DNA of 24,757 nt. Origin: Stellaceae bacterium (lineage in GTDB: Bacteria > Pseudomonadota > Alphaproteobacteria > ATCC43930 > CGMCC-115725). The notes below the pieces were generated by a model. That model saw only the letters and a list, made by a program, of their open reading frames with translations, was not told where the DNA came from and made no database searches. Where the stretch lies: contig DASXMC010000579.1 of NCBI GenBank assembly GCA_036495885.1, forward strand, positions 1 to 24,757. Reading direction: 5' to 3'. The translations under genes and the position numbers were made by a program. Numbering within the stretch: the stretch's first letter is position 1; each line of letters starts with the position of its first letter. This document shows, piece by piece, positions 1 to 7,455 of this stretch.

Positions 1-157
1 TCTGCCCGGCGGCGTCGACGGTGCGAGCAGCACCGGCGGAGGCAAGAGTTCCTGGCGCGCCGATCGCGGCAATCTTGCCGCCAACGACACCGATATCGGC
101 TGGCTGCGCGGCATTCGGCAGGACCACCAAGCCGCCGGAAACGATCACGTCGAACAT
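1..157 (-). CDS. Amidohydrolase (dihydropyrimidinase/allantoinase/dihydroorotase-like), N-terminal fragment; truncated by window edge; absent from ORF track
   Basis: Minus-strand ATG at 157 preceded by AGGGGAG (164-170). Translates MFDVIVSGGLVVLPNAAQPADIGVVGGKIAAIGAPGTLASAGAARTVDAAGQ, matching the typical D-x-x-I-x-GG...ADI-x-x-x-x-GKIAAIG...xDA-x-G N-terminal beta domain of cyclic amidohydrolases. Confidence 0.8.
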   Translation of the reverse strand, partial: MFDVIVSGGLVVLPNAAQPADIGVVGGKIAAIGAPGTLASAGAARTVDAAGQ

Positions 158-219
158 TGCCGCCTCCCCTGTGTTGCCGGCCGGCCGCGCGCTCGGTCCG
201 CGCGGTCAGTGTCGGGACT

Positions 220-834
220 TCAGCCGGCGCCGTCCAGGGAATTGCGCGCACGCCGCGGCCGGCACCAATCCTCGCGCCCGACGAACGGCACCGAGAGCGC
301 CTGCCGTGTGCCCCATTGCGCGGCATAGGCCGCTGCCACCGCAGGCGAGGCGACAAGGTTCAGATCTTCTGAATTGCGCGCGGCGTTGCGCGTCCAGTTG
401 TACGAGCCCATCAGAGTAACGGCGCCGTCGACGACCATGGTCTTGGCATGGGCAATCGGCACGGTGCGATCGATCCAGATCGGCGTCCCGACATCTGCGA
501 GTGCGTCGATGCCGGTATTGCGTTCGCACGGGGTTCGCTTGTCGGCGATCAGCCTGACATCGACGCCCCGGGCGCGTGCGCGTACCAGCGCTTCGACGAT
601 ACCGGCGCCGGTCGTCAGATTGTAGGCGTTGACCAGGATCTCGCGCCGCGCCTGCTCGATGGCCTCGACAGCCACCGTGGCGCAATCCTGCTCCGGGGCA
701 AAGCACACCGAGATCTCCGCCGAGGCCGCCCCGGCCGAGACGGGAAGGGGTTGGGCGGCGGGCGCCGCCGCCAATGCCAGCGCCAATGCCGGTGCGGAGG
801 CCCATCGCGCCGCGCTGAAAGCCGCTGAGATCAC
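220..834 (-). CDS. Phospholipase D-family (Nuc-like, single HKD) protein, probably exported
   Basis: One HxKxxxxD motif (HAKTMVVD) followed by GSYNWT and NSEDL. VCFAP..DC start of the domain. Ala-rich signal-peptide-like N-terminus. Confidence 0.85.
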   Translation of the reverse strand: MISAAFSAARWASAPALALALAAAPAAQPLPVSAGAASAEISVCFAPEQDCATVAVEAIEQARREILVNAYNLTTGAGIVEALVRARARGVDVRLIADKRTPCERNTGIDALADVGTPIWIDRTVPIAHAKTMVVDGAVTLMGSYNWTRNAARNSEDLNLVASPAVAAAYAAQWGTRQALSVPFVGREDWCRPRRARNSLDGAG

Positions 835-1013
835 CCCTCGAGAAATAGGGGGTAAAGGTTAACCGGTGGTTGCGACGAAGTCGCCTCGGTGCCGAAGACC
901 GCATGCTATTGGCAGAGGATGATGGGCAGCTCCGCTCGCTCCGATCGGTTTCCCCATGGCGGCCCAAAAGATCGCGCGGCCGACGCCGATCATCGTCGGC
1001 TTGGCTTCGGTTA

Positions 1014-2015
1014 TCAGCTGCGAGGTGGTCGACAATCGGCGCCGCCGGCCAAAAAAGCGAGCGCGACCCGGGCCGCATCGGCCGGGGTGCGGGTGCCGGC
1101 GACCACTTCGGCTTCGAGGACCGCCAATTCGCCGGAGACCCCGGGGGCAGCGCGCAACATCTCGATCAAGCCGTGTTCGATCTCGGCCCACAGCGCCGCG
1201 CGCGCCTGCTGACGCCGCCGCTGCTCCCAGGCCCCGGCCACTGTAAGCGTAGCATGGAATCGCGAGACATCGTCCCAGATCTCGGCGATGCCACGGTTTT
1301 CGAGCGCCGAGACAGCGCGAACCGGCACCGACCATTCCGGGTTTGCCGGCCGGATCAGGCGCAGCGCACTGGCGTAATCGGCGGCGGTGCGCCGGGCAGT
1401 TGCAGCGAGTTCACCGTCGGTCTTGTTGACGAGCACCAGATCGGCGAGCTCGACGATGCCGCGCTTGATCGCCTGGACCTCGTCGCCCGAAGCGGGCGCC
1501 AGCAGCAGCACGAACATGTCGGTCATGTCGGAGACCGCGGTCTCGGATTGCCCCACACCCACACTCTCGACGATGACCGCATCAAACCCGGCCGCCTCAC
1601 ACAGCAAAATCGCTTCGCGCGTGCGGCGGGCGGTACCGCCATGGGCGCTGCCGGCCGAAGTCGGGCGGATAAAGGCAGCAGGCGAGCGCGACAGCTCGGA
1701 CATGCGCGTCTTGTCGGCAAGGATGGCGCCGCCGCCGCGCTTTGATCCGGGATCGACCGCGAGCACCGCGACGCGGCGGCCGCGATCGATCCCGGCGACG
1801 CCAAAGCGCTCGATAAATGTCGATTTGCCGGCCCCCGGCGGGCCCGAAAGTCCGATGCGAATACTGTTGCCGCTCCGCGGCAAAATCGCCGCCAACAGCG
1901 CTTCGGCCTCGGCGCGGTGGTCGGGGCGGGTCGATTCGACCAGAGTGATAGCGCGGGCGAGTGCCCGCCGATCGCCGCCAAACAGTGCCTGGATCAGAGC
2001 CGGGGTTGCGGTCAC
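1014..2015 (-). CDS. meaB: Methylmalonyl-CoA mutase-associated GTPase (MeaB/ArgK)
   Basis: RALARAITLVES, P-loop GPPGAGKST, VLAVDP, GGAILADKTRM, AFIRP, VESVGVGQSE, NKTD. Start set at GTG 2015, which overlaps the upstream TGA (GTGA), rather than ORF-track 2066. Confidence 0.93.
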   Translation of the reverse strand: MTATPALIQALFGGDRRALARAITLVESTRPDHRAEAEALLAAILPRSGNSIRIGLSGPPGAGKSTFIERFGVAGIDRGRRVAVLAVDPGSKRGGGAILADKTRMSELSRSPAAFIRPTSAGSAHGGTARRTREAILLCEAAGFDAVIVESVGVGQSETAVSDMTDMFVLLLAPASGDEVQAIKRGIVELADLVLVNKTDGELAATARRTAADYASALRLIRPANPEWSVPVRAVSALENRGIAEIWDDVSRFHATLTVAGAWEQRRRQQARAALWAEIEHGLIEMLRAAPGVSGELAVLEAEVVAGTRTPADAARVALAFLAGGADCRPPRS

Positions 2016-2431
2016 TCGCTCCGCGACAGAAAGAACGAGCCGTCGCGCCGCTTGCGGCGCACGCATTCGATCGAGGCGAGCGTCAGCGCTTGATCGACGA
2101 CGGTCATCAGTTCACGCATTCGGAAGGGCTTGAGCAGGAAGAACCGGCCGCTCTGTTCTAGCCGCTGCGAATGGCGATGATCGCCGGTGGTCAGGATCAC
2201 GCCGCAGCCCTGTGCATGCGCAATTTCGGCGAGCGCCACACCGTCCTTGTCACCGGGCTGGGTCACATCGATCATCACGATGTCGTAATCGTCTTCGTCG
2301 AGCTTCTCCTCCATCTCCGCCCCGGTTGCAACCGCGGTGAACAGAAAACCCTCTTCATTAAAGACTTCGCTGAGCACCTCGCTGATGTAATCATCGTTTT
2401 CGACCACCAGCACCTTGCAAATCCTTGCCAT
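2012..2431 (-). CDS. Single-domain response regulator (receiver domain) with short basic C-terminal tail
   Basis: KVLVVEND acidic pocket, phospho-acceptor Asp in IVMIDV, ILTTG, LLKPF. No output domain; tail CVRRKRRDGSFF. Confidence 0.88.
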   Translation of the reverse strand: MARICKVLVVENDDYISEVLSEVFNEEGFLFTAVATGAEMEEKLDEDDYDIVMIDVTQPGDKDGVALAEIAHAQGCGVILTTGDHRHSQRLEQSGRFFLLKPFRMRELMTVVDQALTLASIECVRRKRRDGSFFLSRSE

Positions 2432-2463
2432 CCAATATTCCGCCGCTGCTGATTTGATGTGAT

Positions 2464-2489
2464 GTTGTTTACTTAAGTTGTTTACTTAA
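2464..2489. repeat. Perfect 13-bp tandem direct repeat GTTGTTTACTTAA x2
   Basis: Copies at 2464-2476 and 2477-2489 read directly from the sequence. Adjacent to three NTGAT pentamers (2449-2463). Confidence 0.95.
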
Positions 2490-2490
2490 C

Positions 2491-4329
2491 TCATGCCGAA
2501 ATCAGCGCGGGGTGCCGACGGACTGCTTCTTGCTGGCGCAGCCACATCGCCGCGTAGATACCGTCATGCCTCACCAGTTCGTCGTGCTGCCCACGCTCGA
2601 CGATCCGTCCCCCATCTAGCACGAGGATCTCGTCGGCATCGATAATTGTCGATAGCCGGTGGGCGATGACAAGCGTCGTCCGGTCGGCCGAAATCTCCGC
2701 CAGGTTCGCTTGAATCGCGCGCTCGCTACGGGTGTCGAGCGCCGAAGTCGCTTCGTCGAACAGCAGTATCTTTGGCGCCTTCAAGATCACCCGGGCGATC
2801 GCAACACGCTGCTTTTCGCCACCCGACAGCTTGAGCCCGCGCTCGCCCACCAGCGTGTCGTAGCCGTCGGTCAGCGAGGCGACAAAATCATGGATATGCG
2901 CGAGACGCGCTGCCTCCTCGACCTCGGCGCGCGCCGCACCCGGCCGGCCATAGGCGATATTGTAAAAGATCGTGTCGTTGAACAGCACGGTATCCTGCGG
3001 CACGACGCCGATAGCGCGCCGCAGGCTGTCCTGGGTTATGTCGCGAATGTCCTGGCCGTCGATTTCGATAGCGCCGCCTCCGACATCCCAAAACCGGAAC
3101 AACAGCCGCGCTATCGTCGATTTGCCGGCGCCGCTCGGCCCGACAATCGCGACCCTCGTCCCGGCCGGCACCCGGAAATCGACGTCGAACAGGATCGGCC
3201 GTCGAGAGTCATAGCTAAAATCGACATGCTGAAATGCCACTGCACCGGTCGCCACCGAGAGGGTCGGTGCCCGCGGACGGTCGACGATTTCGGGCGGCAC
3301 CGCCAGCAGCGCCGTCATCTGCTCGAGATCGGCCAGCGACTGCTTGATATTGCGATAAACGACCCCGAGAAAATTGAGCGGGGTATAGAGCTGGATCAAA
3401 TAGGCGTTGACCAGCACGAAGTCGCCGATCGTCATGACGCGCAGCGCCACACCCTGTCCGGCGAGGATCATAACCCCGACGAGGCCGCCGGCGATGATCA
3501 CCCCCTGCCCAAGATTGAGCGCCGCGAGCGTGGTCTCGCTCCTGACCGCGGCATGCTCATAGGCGCGCAGCGCGGCGTCGTAGCGCCGCGCCTCGTGCTC
3601 TTCATTGGCGAAATATTTTACGGTCTCGAAATTTAACAGGCTGTCGATCGCCTTGGTATTAGCCTCGCTGTTCCGCTCGTTCATGTCGCGGCGAAATCGC
3701 ACCCGCCAGTCGGTCACCAAAAAGGTGAACGCGATATAGAGCACAATCGTTGCAAGCGTAACGGCAGCGAAGCTCCAGTTGTAGAGCCGCCACAGGATCG
3801 CGCAGGCGAGCAGGATCTCGATAAAGGTGGGGACGATGTTGAACAGCAGAAAGGTCAGCAGGAATTCGACACCGGCGGTGCCGCGCTCGATTGCCCGGGC
3901 GAGCCCGCCGGTGCGCCGTTCGAGATGAAAGCGCAAAGCCAGAGAGTGGACATGGCGGAATGCGGACAACGCCAGCTGCCGCACCGCGCGCTGCGTCACC
4001 TTGGCAAAGGCGGCGTTGCGCAGCTCGTTGAAGCCTGCCGACATAACGCGGGCCGCTCCATAGGCGACGATCAGCGCCGCCGGGACGGTTATGATCGCCC
4101 GGCCCCGCGTCAATGCGTCGACTGCATGCTTGTAAAGAAACGGAACCGAGATGTTGAGGAGCCGGCCGGCGACCAGAAACCCTACCGCGAGCACGACCCG
4201 AGCCCGCAGTTCGCGCGAATCCCGCGGCCATAAGTAGGGGGCGAGCCGGCGCAGTGCGCGAAACTCGTCCTTGAGCTTGCCCGCCTGTGGCGGCGGGCCG
4301 GGTGTAATCGACCGACCGCGCCGGCTCAT
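2491..4329 (-). CDS. atm1: Atm1/ABCB7/HMT1-family ABC half-transporter (TMD+NBD)
   Basis: LRFHLERRTGGLARAIERG, DSLLNFETVKYF, QLYTPLNFLG, Walker A GPSGAGKST, VVPQDTVLFNDTI, signature LSGGEKQR, Walker B ILLFDEATSALD, H-loop IAHRLST. Confidence 0.92.
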   Translation of the reverse strand: MSRRGRSITPGPPPQAGKLKDEFRALRRLAPYLWPRDSRELRARVVLAVGFLVAGRLLNISVPFLYKHAVDALTRGRAIITVPAALIVAYGAARVMSAGFNELRNAAFAKVTQRAVRQLALSAFRHVHSLALRFHLERRTGGLARAIERGTAGVEFLLTFLLFNIVPTFIEILLACAILWRLYNWSFAAVTLATIVLYIAFTFLVTDWRVRFRRDMNERNSEANTKAIDSLLNFETVKYFANEEHEARRYDAALRAYEHAAVRSETTLAALNLGQGVIIAGGLVGVMILAGQGVALRVMTIGDFVLVNAYLIQLYTPLNFLGVVYRNIKQSLADLEQMTALLAVPPEIVDRPRAPTLSVATGAVAFQHVDFSYDSRRPILFDVDFRVPAGTRVAIVGPSGAGKSTIARLLFRFWDVGGGAIEIDGQDIRDITQDSLRRAIGVVPQDTVLFNDTIFYNIAYGRPGAARAEVEEAARLAHIHDFVASLTDGYDTLVGERGLKLSGGEKQRVAIARVILKAPKILLFDEATSALDTRSERAIQANLAEISADRTTLVIAHRLSTIIDADEILVLDGGRIVERGQHDELVRHDGIYAAMWLRQQEAVRRHPALISA

Positions 4330-5531
4330 GCCGCCGGACCGAGCGGCGGCTCAGTCTCGGCGAGTGGGGCGGCGCCAAACCCGCCGAACAGGTTCAGCGC
4401 GAGCAGAAAGGCGAGGGCGACGATCACTGCACCGCCGACAAACGGGCTGCCACGGCCGAGACCGGCAAACAGATAGCCGGCCGCCGGCGGCCCGATGATC
4501 CGCGCCAGGCTGCCGACCGATTGCGTCACCCCCAGCACCTGCCCCTGCTCGCCGCCGCCGGCGCGGCGCGAGATCAGGCTGTTCAGCGCCGGTTGCACGA
4601 GGCCGAGGCCGATCGCCAATGCGGCAAAGGCACCAGCAAGCTCCGCCAGAGTGCGGGCGAACGGCACGGCAACGAGCCCGATCATCAGCAGCACCAGGCC
4701 AGCCAGCAGCAACCGCTCTTCGCCATAGCGCTTGGTCAGACGCCGGGTCAGCCCGCCCTGCATGATCGCCGACAACAGCCCGAGATAGGCAAAAACGTAG
4801 CCAACCCGCTCGGGGCCCCAATCCAATTGCCGCAACGCCCACAGCGCGAAAATGCTCTCCATTGCGGCAAACGCGAGAATGACCAGAAAAAAGATCACGA
4901 TCAGCCGCGACAACACCGGCCGGCGCAGTGCCCCGCGGATCAAGCCGATGCGCCCCTGCGGCGGGGCGAGCCCGCGGCGCTCGGGTGGAAGGCTCTCGCG
5001 CAATAGGAACAGCACCCCGCACAGGGCCGCAAACGACAGGGCGGCGGCAAGCCAGGCCGGGGCCGCGAGATTGGCGGTGGCCGGGTTGTTGCCCGCAAGA
5101 AATCCGCCCAACGCCGGCCCAAAGATAAAACCGAGGCCAAAAGCGGCGCCGATCATCCCCATGCCATGGGCGCGCTCTTCGGGCTTGGTGATGTCGGCGA
5201 TATAGGCCTGGGCCGCGGCAATGTTGCCGGCCCCGGCGCCGGCGAGCGCGCGCGCGGCGAACAGCATCCACAGGTCGTTGGCGGCACCCAGCCACAAATA
5301 GGCGAGGGCGGAGGCGGTCATGCTCGCCATCAGCACCGGCCGGCGGCCGATGCGGTCGCTGAGCCGGCCCCACAGGGGTGCGGCCACCAGCTGCATCAAC
5401 GAATAGGTGGCGAGCAGCCAAGTCACCACAGGAGCGGTGGCGCCAAACCGCACGCCATAGAATGGCAGCAGCGGAATGACGAGGCCGAACCCGATCAGAT
5501 CGACAAGGACGATGAGGAACAGAGTGGGCAT
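4326..5531 (-). CDS. MFS transporter, TetA/DHA1-like
   Basis: MPTLFLIVLVDLIGFGLVIPLLP, motif A GRLSDRIGRRPVL, motif C GAAFGLGFIFGPALGG, about 12 hydrophobic segments. ATGA overlap with atm1. Start at ATG 5531 preferred over 5555. Confidence 0.9.
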   Translation of the reverse strand: MPTLFLIVLVDLIGFGLVIPLLPFYGVRFGATAPVVTWLLATYSLMQLVAAPLWGRLSDRIGRRPVLMASMTASALAYLWLGAANDLWMLFAARALAGAGAGNIAAAQAYIADITKPEERAHGMGMIGAAFGLGFIFGPALGGFLAGNNPATANLAAPAWLAAALSFAALCGVLFLLRESLPPERRGLAPPQGRIGLIRGALRRPVLSRLIVIFFLVILAFAAMESIFALWALRQLDWGPERVGYVFAYLGLLSAIMQGGLTRRLTKRYGEERLLLAGLVLLMIGLVAVPFARTLAELAGAFAALAIGLGLVQPALNSLISRRAGGGEQGQVLGVTQSVGSLARIIGPPAAGYLFAGLGRGSPFVGGAVIVALAFLLALNLFGGFGAAPLAETEPPLGPAA

Positions 5532-5640
5532 CTCTGCCGCCTTGATATCACGCACCGACCGCCAGAGGGCAAGAGGCCTGGCGTCGCGGAGCTAGGATCC
5601 TTCGTCTGTGAGTGAGTCTCACCGACCCGGTTTCCTCGAT

Positions 5641-5749
5641 TTCCTCGCTGTAATTGCCATCATCGCGTGCAGCGATACCCGACGGAGGGGAGGATCCACT
5701 CCGGCCCAGAGGTACCGGCCGAAGCCGATGTCAGGCAAATTACAGGAAA
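5641..5749 (-). ncRNA. Candidate structured RNA (closing stem plus three hairpins); no known family recognised
   Basis: Inverted repeat CTGTAATTGCC (5648-5658) / GGCAAATTACAG (5734-5745) enclosing three hairpins. One is a minus-strand cUUCGg tetraloop; another has a loop containing UCCUCCC. Confidence 0.35.
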
Positions 5750-5754
5750 GATTA

Positions 5755-5940
5755 CGTCATCATTCCGGGACGGCCCGCGGGGCCGGGCCCGGAACCCATC
5801 AACACCTGCTCTGCCAGTATGTTCGTAGCGCGTGTTCATAGAGCCTGCCTCTGGCCAGAACAGGGGTTCCGGGCTCGCAGGCGGAGCCTGTCCTCGGGCG
5901 GGCCACAGGCCCGACCCGGGGGTCCGCGCCCCGGAATGAC
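5755..5940. repeat. REP-dimer (REPIN/MITE-like) element A, CGTC-type
   Basis: Terminal IR TCATTCCGGG (5760-5769) / CCCGGAATGA (5930-5939). Inner IR GCCCGGAACCC (5787-5797) / GGGTTCCGGGC (5864-5874). Hairpin CGGCCC-gcg-GGGCCG. Extra hairpin inserted in the right arm. Confidence 0.85.
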
Positions 5941-6354
5941 CGGTGTTGTTGAATTCTCCACTTCGGGGTCGGCTATAGGTGGAAGCCGCTCCTGAGCCGA
6001 TATGCGCGCCAGGGATGAGGTTGCGCCGTAAGCGGTCATTGCTCGACGGCGAAAGTGGACTAGCAAGAACACATGCATTGCCACGCACCGGGCATCCGGT
6101 TCGCGACCTTGGCGATGGCCAACCCACTATGACCGACCGAGTCGCGACGAGGGTCTGTCGGATTGGATCGGCGCGCACCCTCGCCTCCGGGGCGGAAATG
6201 ACCGTAACGCTCGCCTCCGGTGGCTGGTGTGAGGTTGACGCTTGCGCCCAGGCTCACGAGTATCTTAGATGCTTTTAGTACCAAGCTGTGTTCTTCTTTT
6301 GGAACCTCGCCTCCGTCGGCGGCATCGATGAAATCCTTGCTCTGGCACACGCCG

Positions 6355-7257
6355 ATGGTGTTGAAGTCAATGCTTCGCTTGCCCGCTTTTATTCTCGTCG
6401 GGTGCGTGGTCAGCGCAGGGCTGATCCTTATCGAATTCGGTTCCATCAGTAGCCACCGCCCTTTACCCGGGGCCCGCTTGCCACCGGCGAAAATCGCATC
6501 CGCAGCGCCGGAAATTCGGAAGCTCGCCGATCCGCTGTTGAGTCCGACACAGCGCCGTCCGAAAACCGTGTCCTCGGCTAATGATGCTGATTCACCATTG
6601 CGCGATGTGAGGCTGAGTGGCATCGTGATCGGATCGGATGTGCGTATCGCGATCTTCGCTGTGACCGGCACTAACTCGCGCGTGCTGTCCGAGGGCGAAG
6701 CGCTGAAAGGCTGGCGACTCGACAGCATCTCACCGGAACGGGTCGTGCTCAGCGGTCCGGCCGGTAACATAGTGCTCGAGCCTCAGCCGGACGCGAATCT
6801 GGTTCGACCGTCTCCGCCCGTTGTGGTCCAGTCCGGCCAACCCGGCGCGGCGATGGCTGATGCGCCGGCGCAACCAATGGCTGTGACGCCTATTGCTGTC
6901 GGCAACGTATCGGTAGGCACCCCCGTTCAGGCGCAAGGTTATCCTTATTATTCTCCAGACTATTACCCCGGGTATGACCCGTATTATGCATGGGGCTCGG
7001 ATTGGGGTAACCCATGGAGCTGGGGATGGCCTGTCGCAGTTTCCGGCGGATTTGGCGGATGCTGGAACTGCGGTTTCCGCGGCGGCTTTTTCCGTCCGGG
7101 CTTCCGACGCTTCGGCTTTGGTCGCCCTGGCTTCTTCCATCCGGGGTTCGGACGCTCCGGCTTTGGTCACCCCGGCTTTTTCCATCCGGGGTTCGGACGC
7201 TCCGGCTTTGCCCATGCGAGTTTTGGTGGCGGTTTCCGCGGCGGCGGTCGCAGATAG
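6355..7257 (+). CDS. Membrane-anchored protein: GspC/GspN(PilP)-like domain fused to a Pro/Tyr and Gly/Phe/Arg/His low-complexity tail
   Basis: N-terminal hydrophobic helix (LPAFILVGCVVSAGLILIEF), PLLSPTQRRP, VRLSGIVIG...AIF...VLSEGEALKGWRLDSISPERVVL, then YPYYSPDYYPGYDPYY and GFFHPGFGRSGFGHP repeats. Start uncertain (6328, 6355 or 6370; ORF track 6220). Confidence 0.65.
   Translation: MVLKSMLRLPAFILVGCVVSAGLILIEFGSISSHRPLPGARLPPAKIASAAPEIRKLADPLLSPTQRRPKTVSSANDADSPLRDVRLSGIVIGSDVRIAIFAVTGTNSRVLSEGEALKGWRLDSISPERVVLSGPAGNIVLEPQPDANLVRPSPPVVVQSGQPGAAMADAPAQPMAVTPIAVGNVSVGTPVQAQGYPYYSPDYYPGYDPYYAWGSDWGNPWSWGWPVAVSGGFGGCWNCGFRGGFFRPGFRRFGFGRPGFFHPGFGRSGFGHPGFFHPGFGRSGFAHASFGGGFRGGGRR
7084..7218 (+). 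repeat. Three in-frame 45-bp (15-aa) tandem repeats
   Basis: 7084-7128 GFFRPGFRRFGFGRP; 7129-7173 GFFHPGFGRSGFGHP; 7174-7218 GFFHPGFGRSGFAHA. Units 2 and 3 are nearly identical at DNA level. Confidence 0.92.
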
Positions 7258-7291
7258 CATGATATGCCGTCCAGCGAGGCCACTACTACCC

Positions 7292-7325
7292 GACCTCCCG
7301 CGATCGTCAGAGTGATTGCGGGGTC
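7292..7325 (+). terminator. Possible terminator or stability hairpin between convergent genes
   Basis: GACCTCCCGCGATC / GATTGCGGGGTC imperfect stem about 35 bp after the 7257 stop. No U-tract. Confidence 0.25.
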
Positions 7326-7455
7326 TTCGGGGCATCAAGAGCGGTTCCCGTTGCGACGGCTGACGCTCCGCTTAGAGTCGAAAGCAGAAGCCCCAGCCCC
7401 TCTCCGCCGGTATGACGGAGAAGGAACTGTCGCAGAACGGCCAAAGCGAGGTCGG

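Noticed and set aside
220-834. Anti-phage defence system built on the PLD nuclease
   Set aside because: No helicase, ATPase, methylase or other defence partner is nearby, and the protein looks exported.
2473-2490. CtrA box, PhoP box or integron attC core in the 13-bp repeat
   Set aside because: The TTAA half-sites are 9 bp apart (CtrA needs 7). The TGTTTA units have a 13-bp period (PhoP needs 11). GTTAAGT fits GTTRRRY but has no upstream inverse core or attC palindrome.
5684-5749. Glycine riboswitch resemblance (CCGAAG...TCAGGCAAA) on the plus strand
   Set aside because: Only ~6 nt separate the motifs, leaving no room for P3a/P3b, and there is no glycine-related gene downstream.
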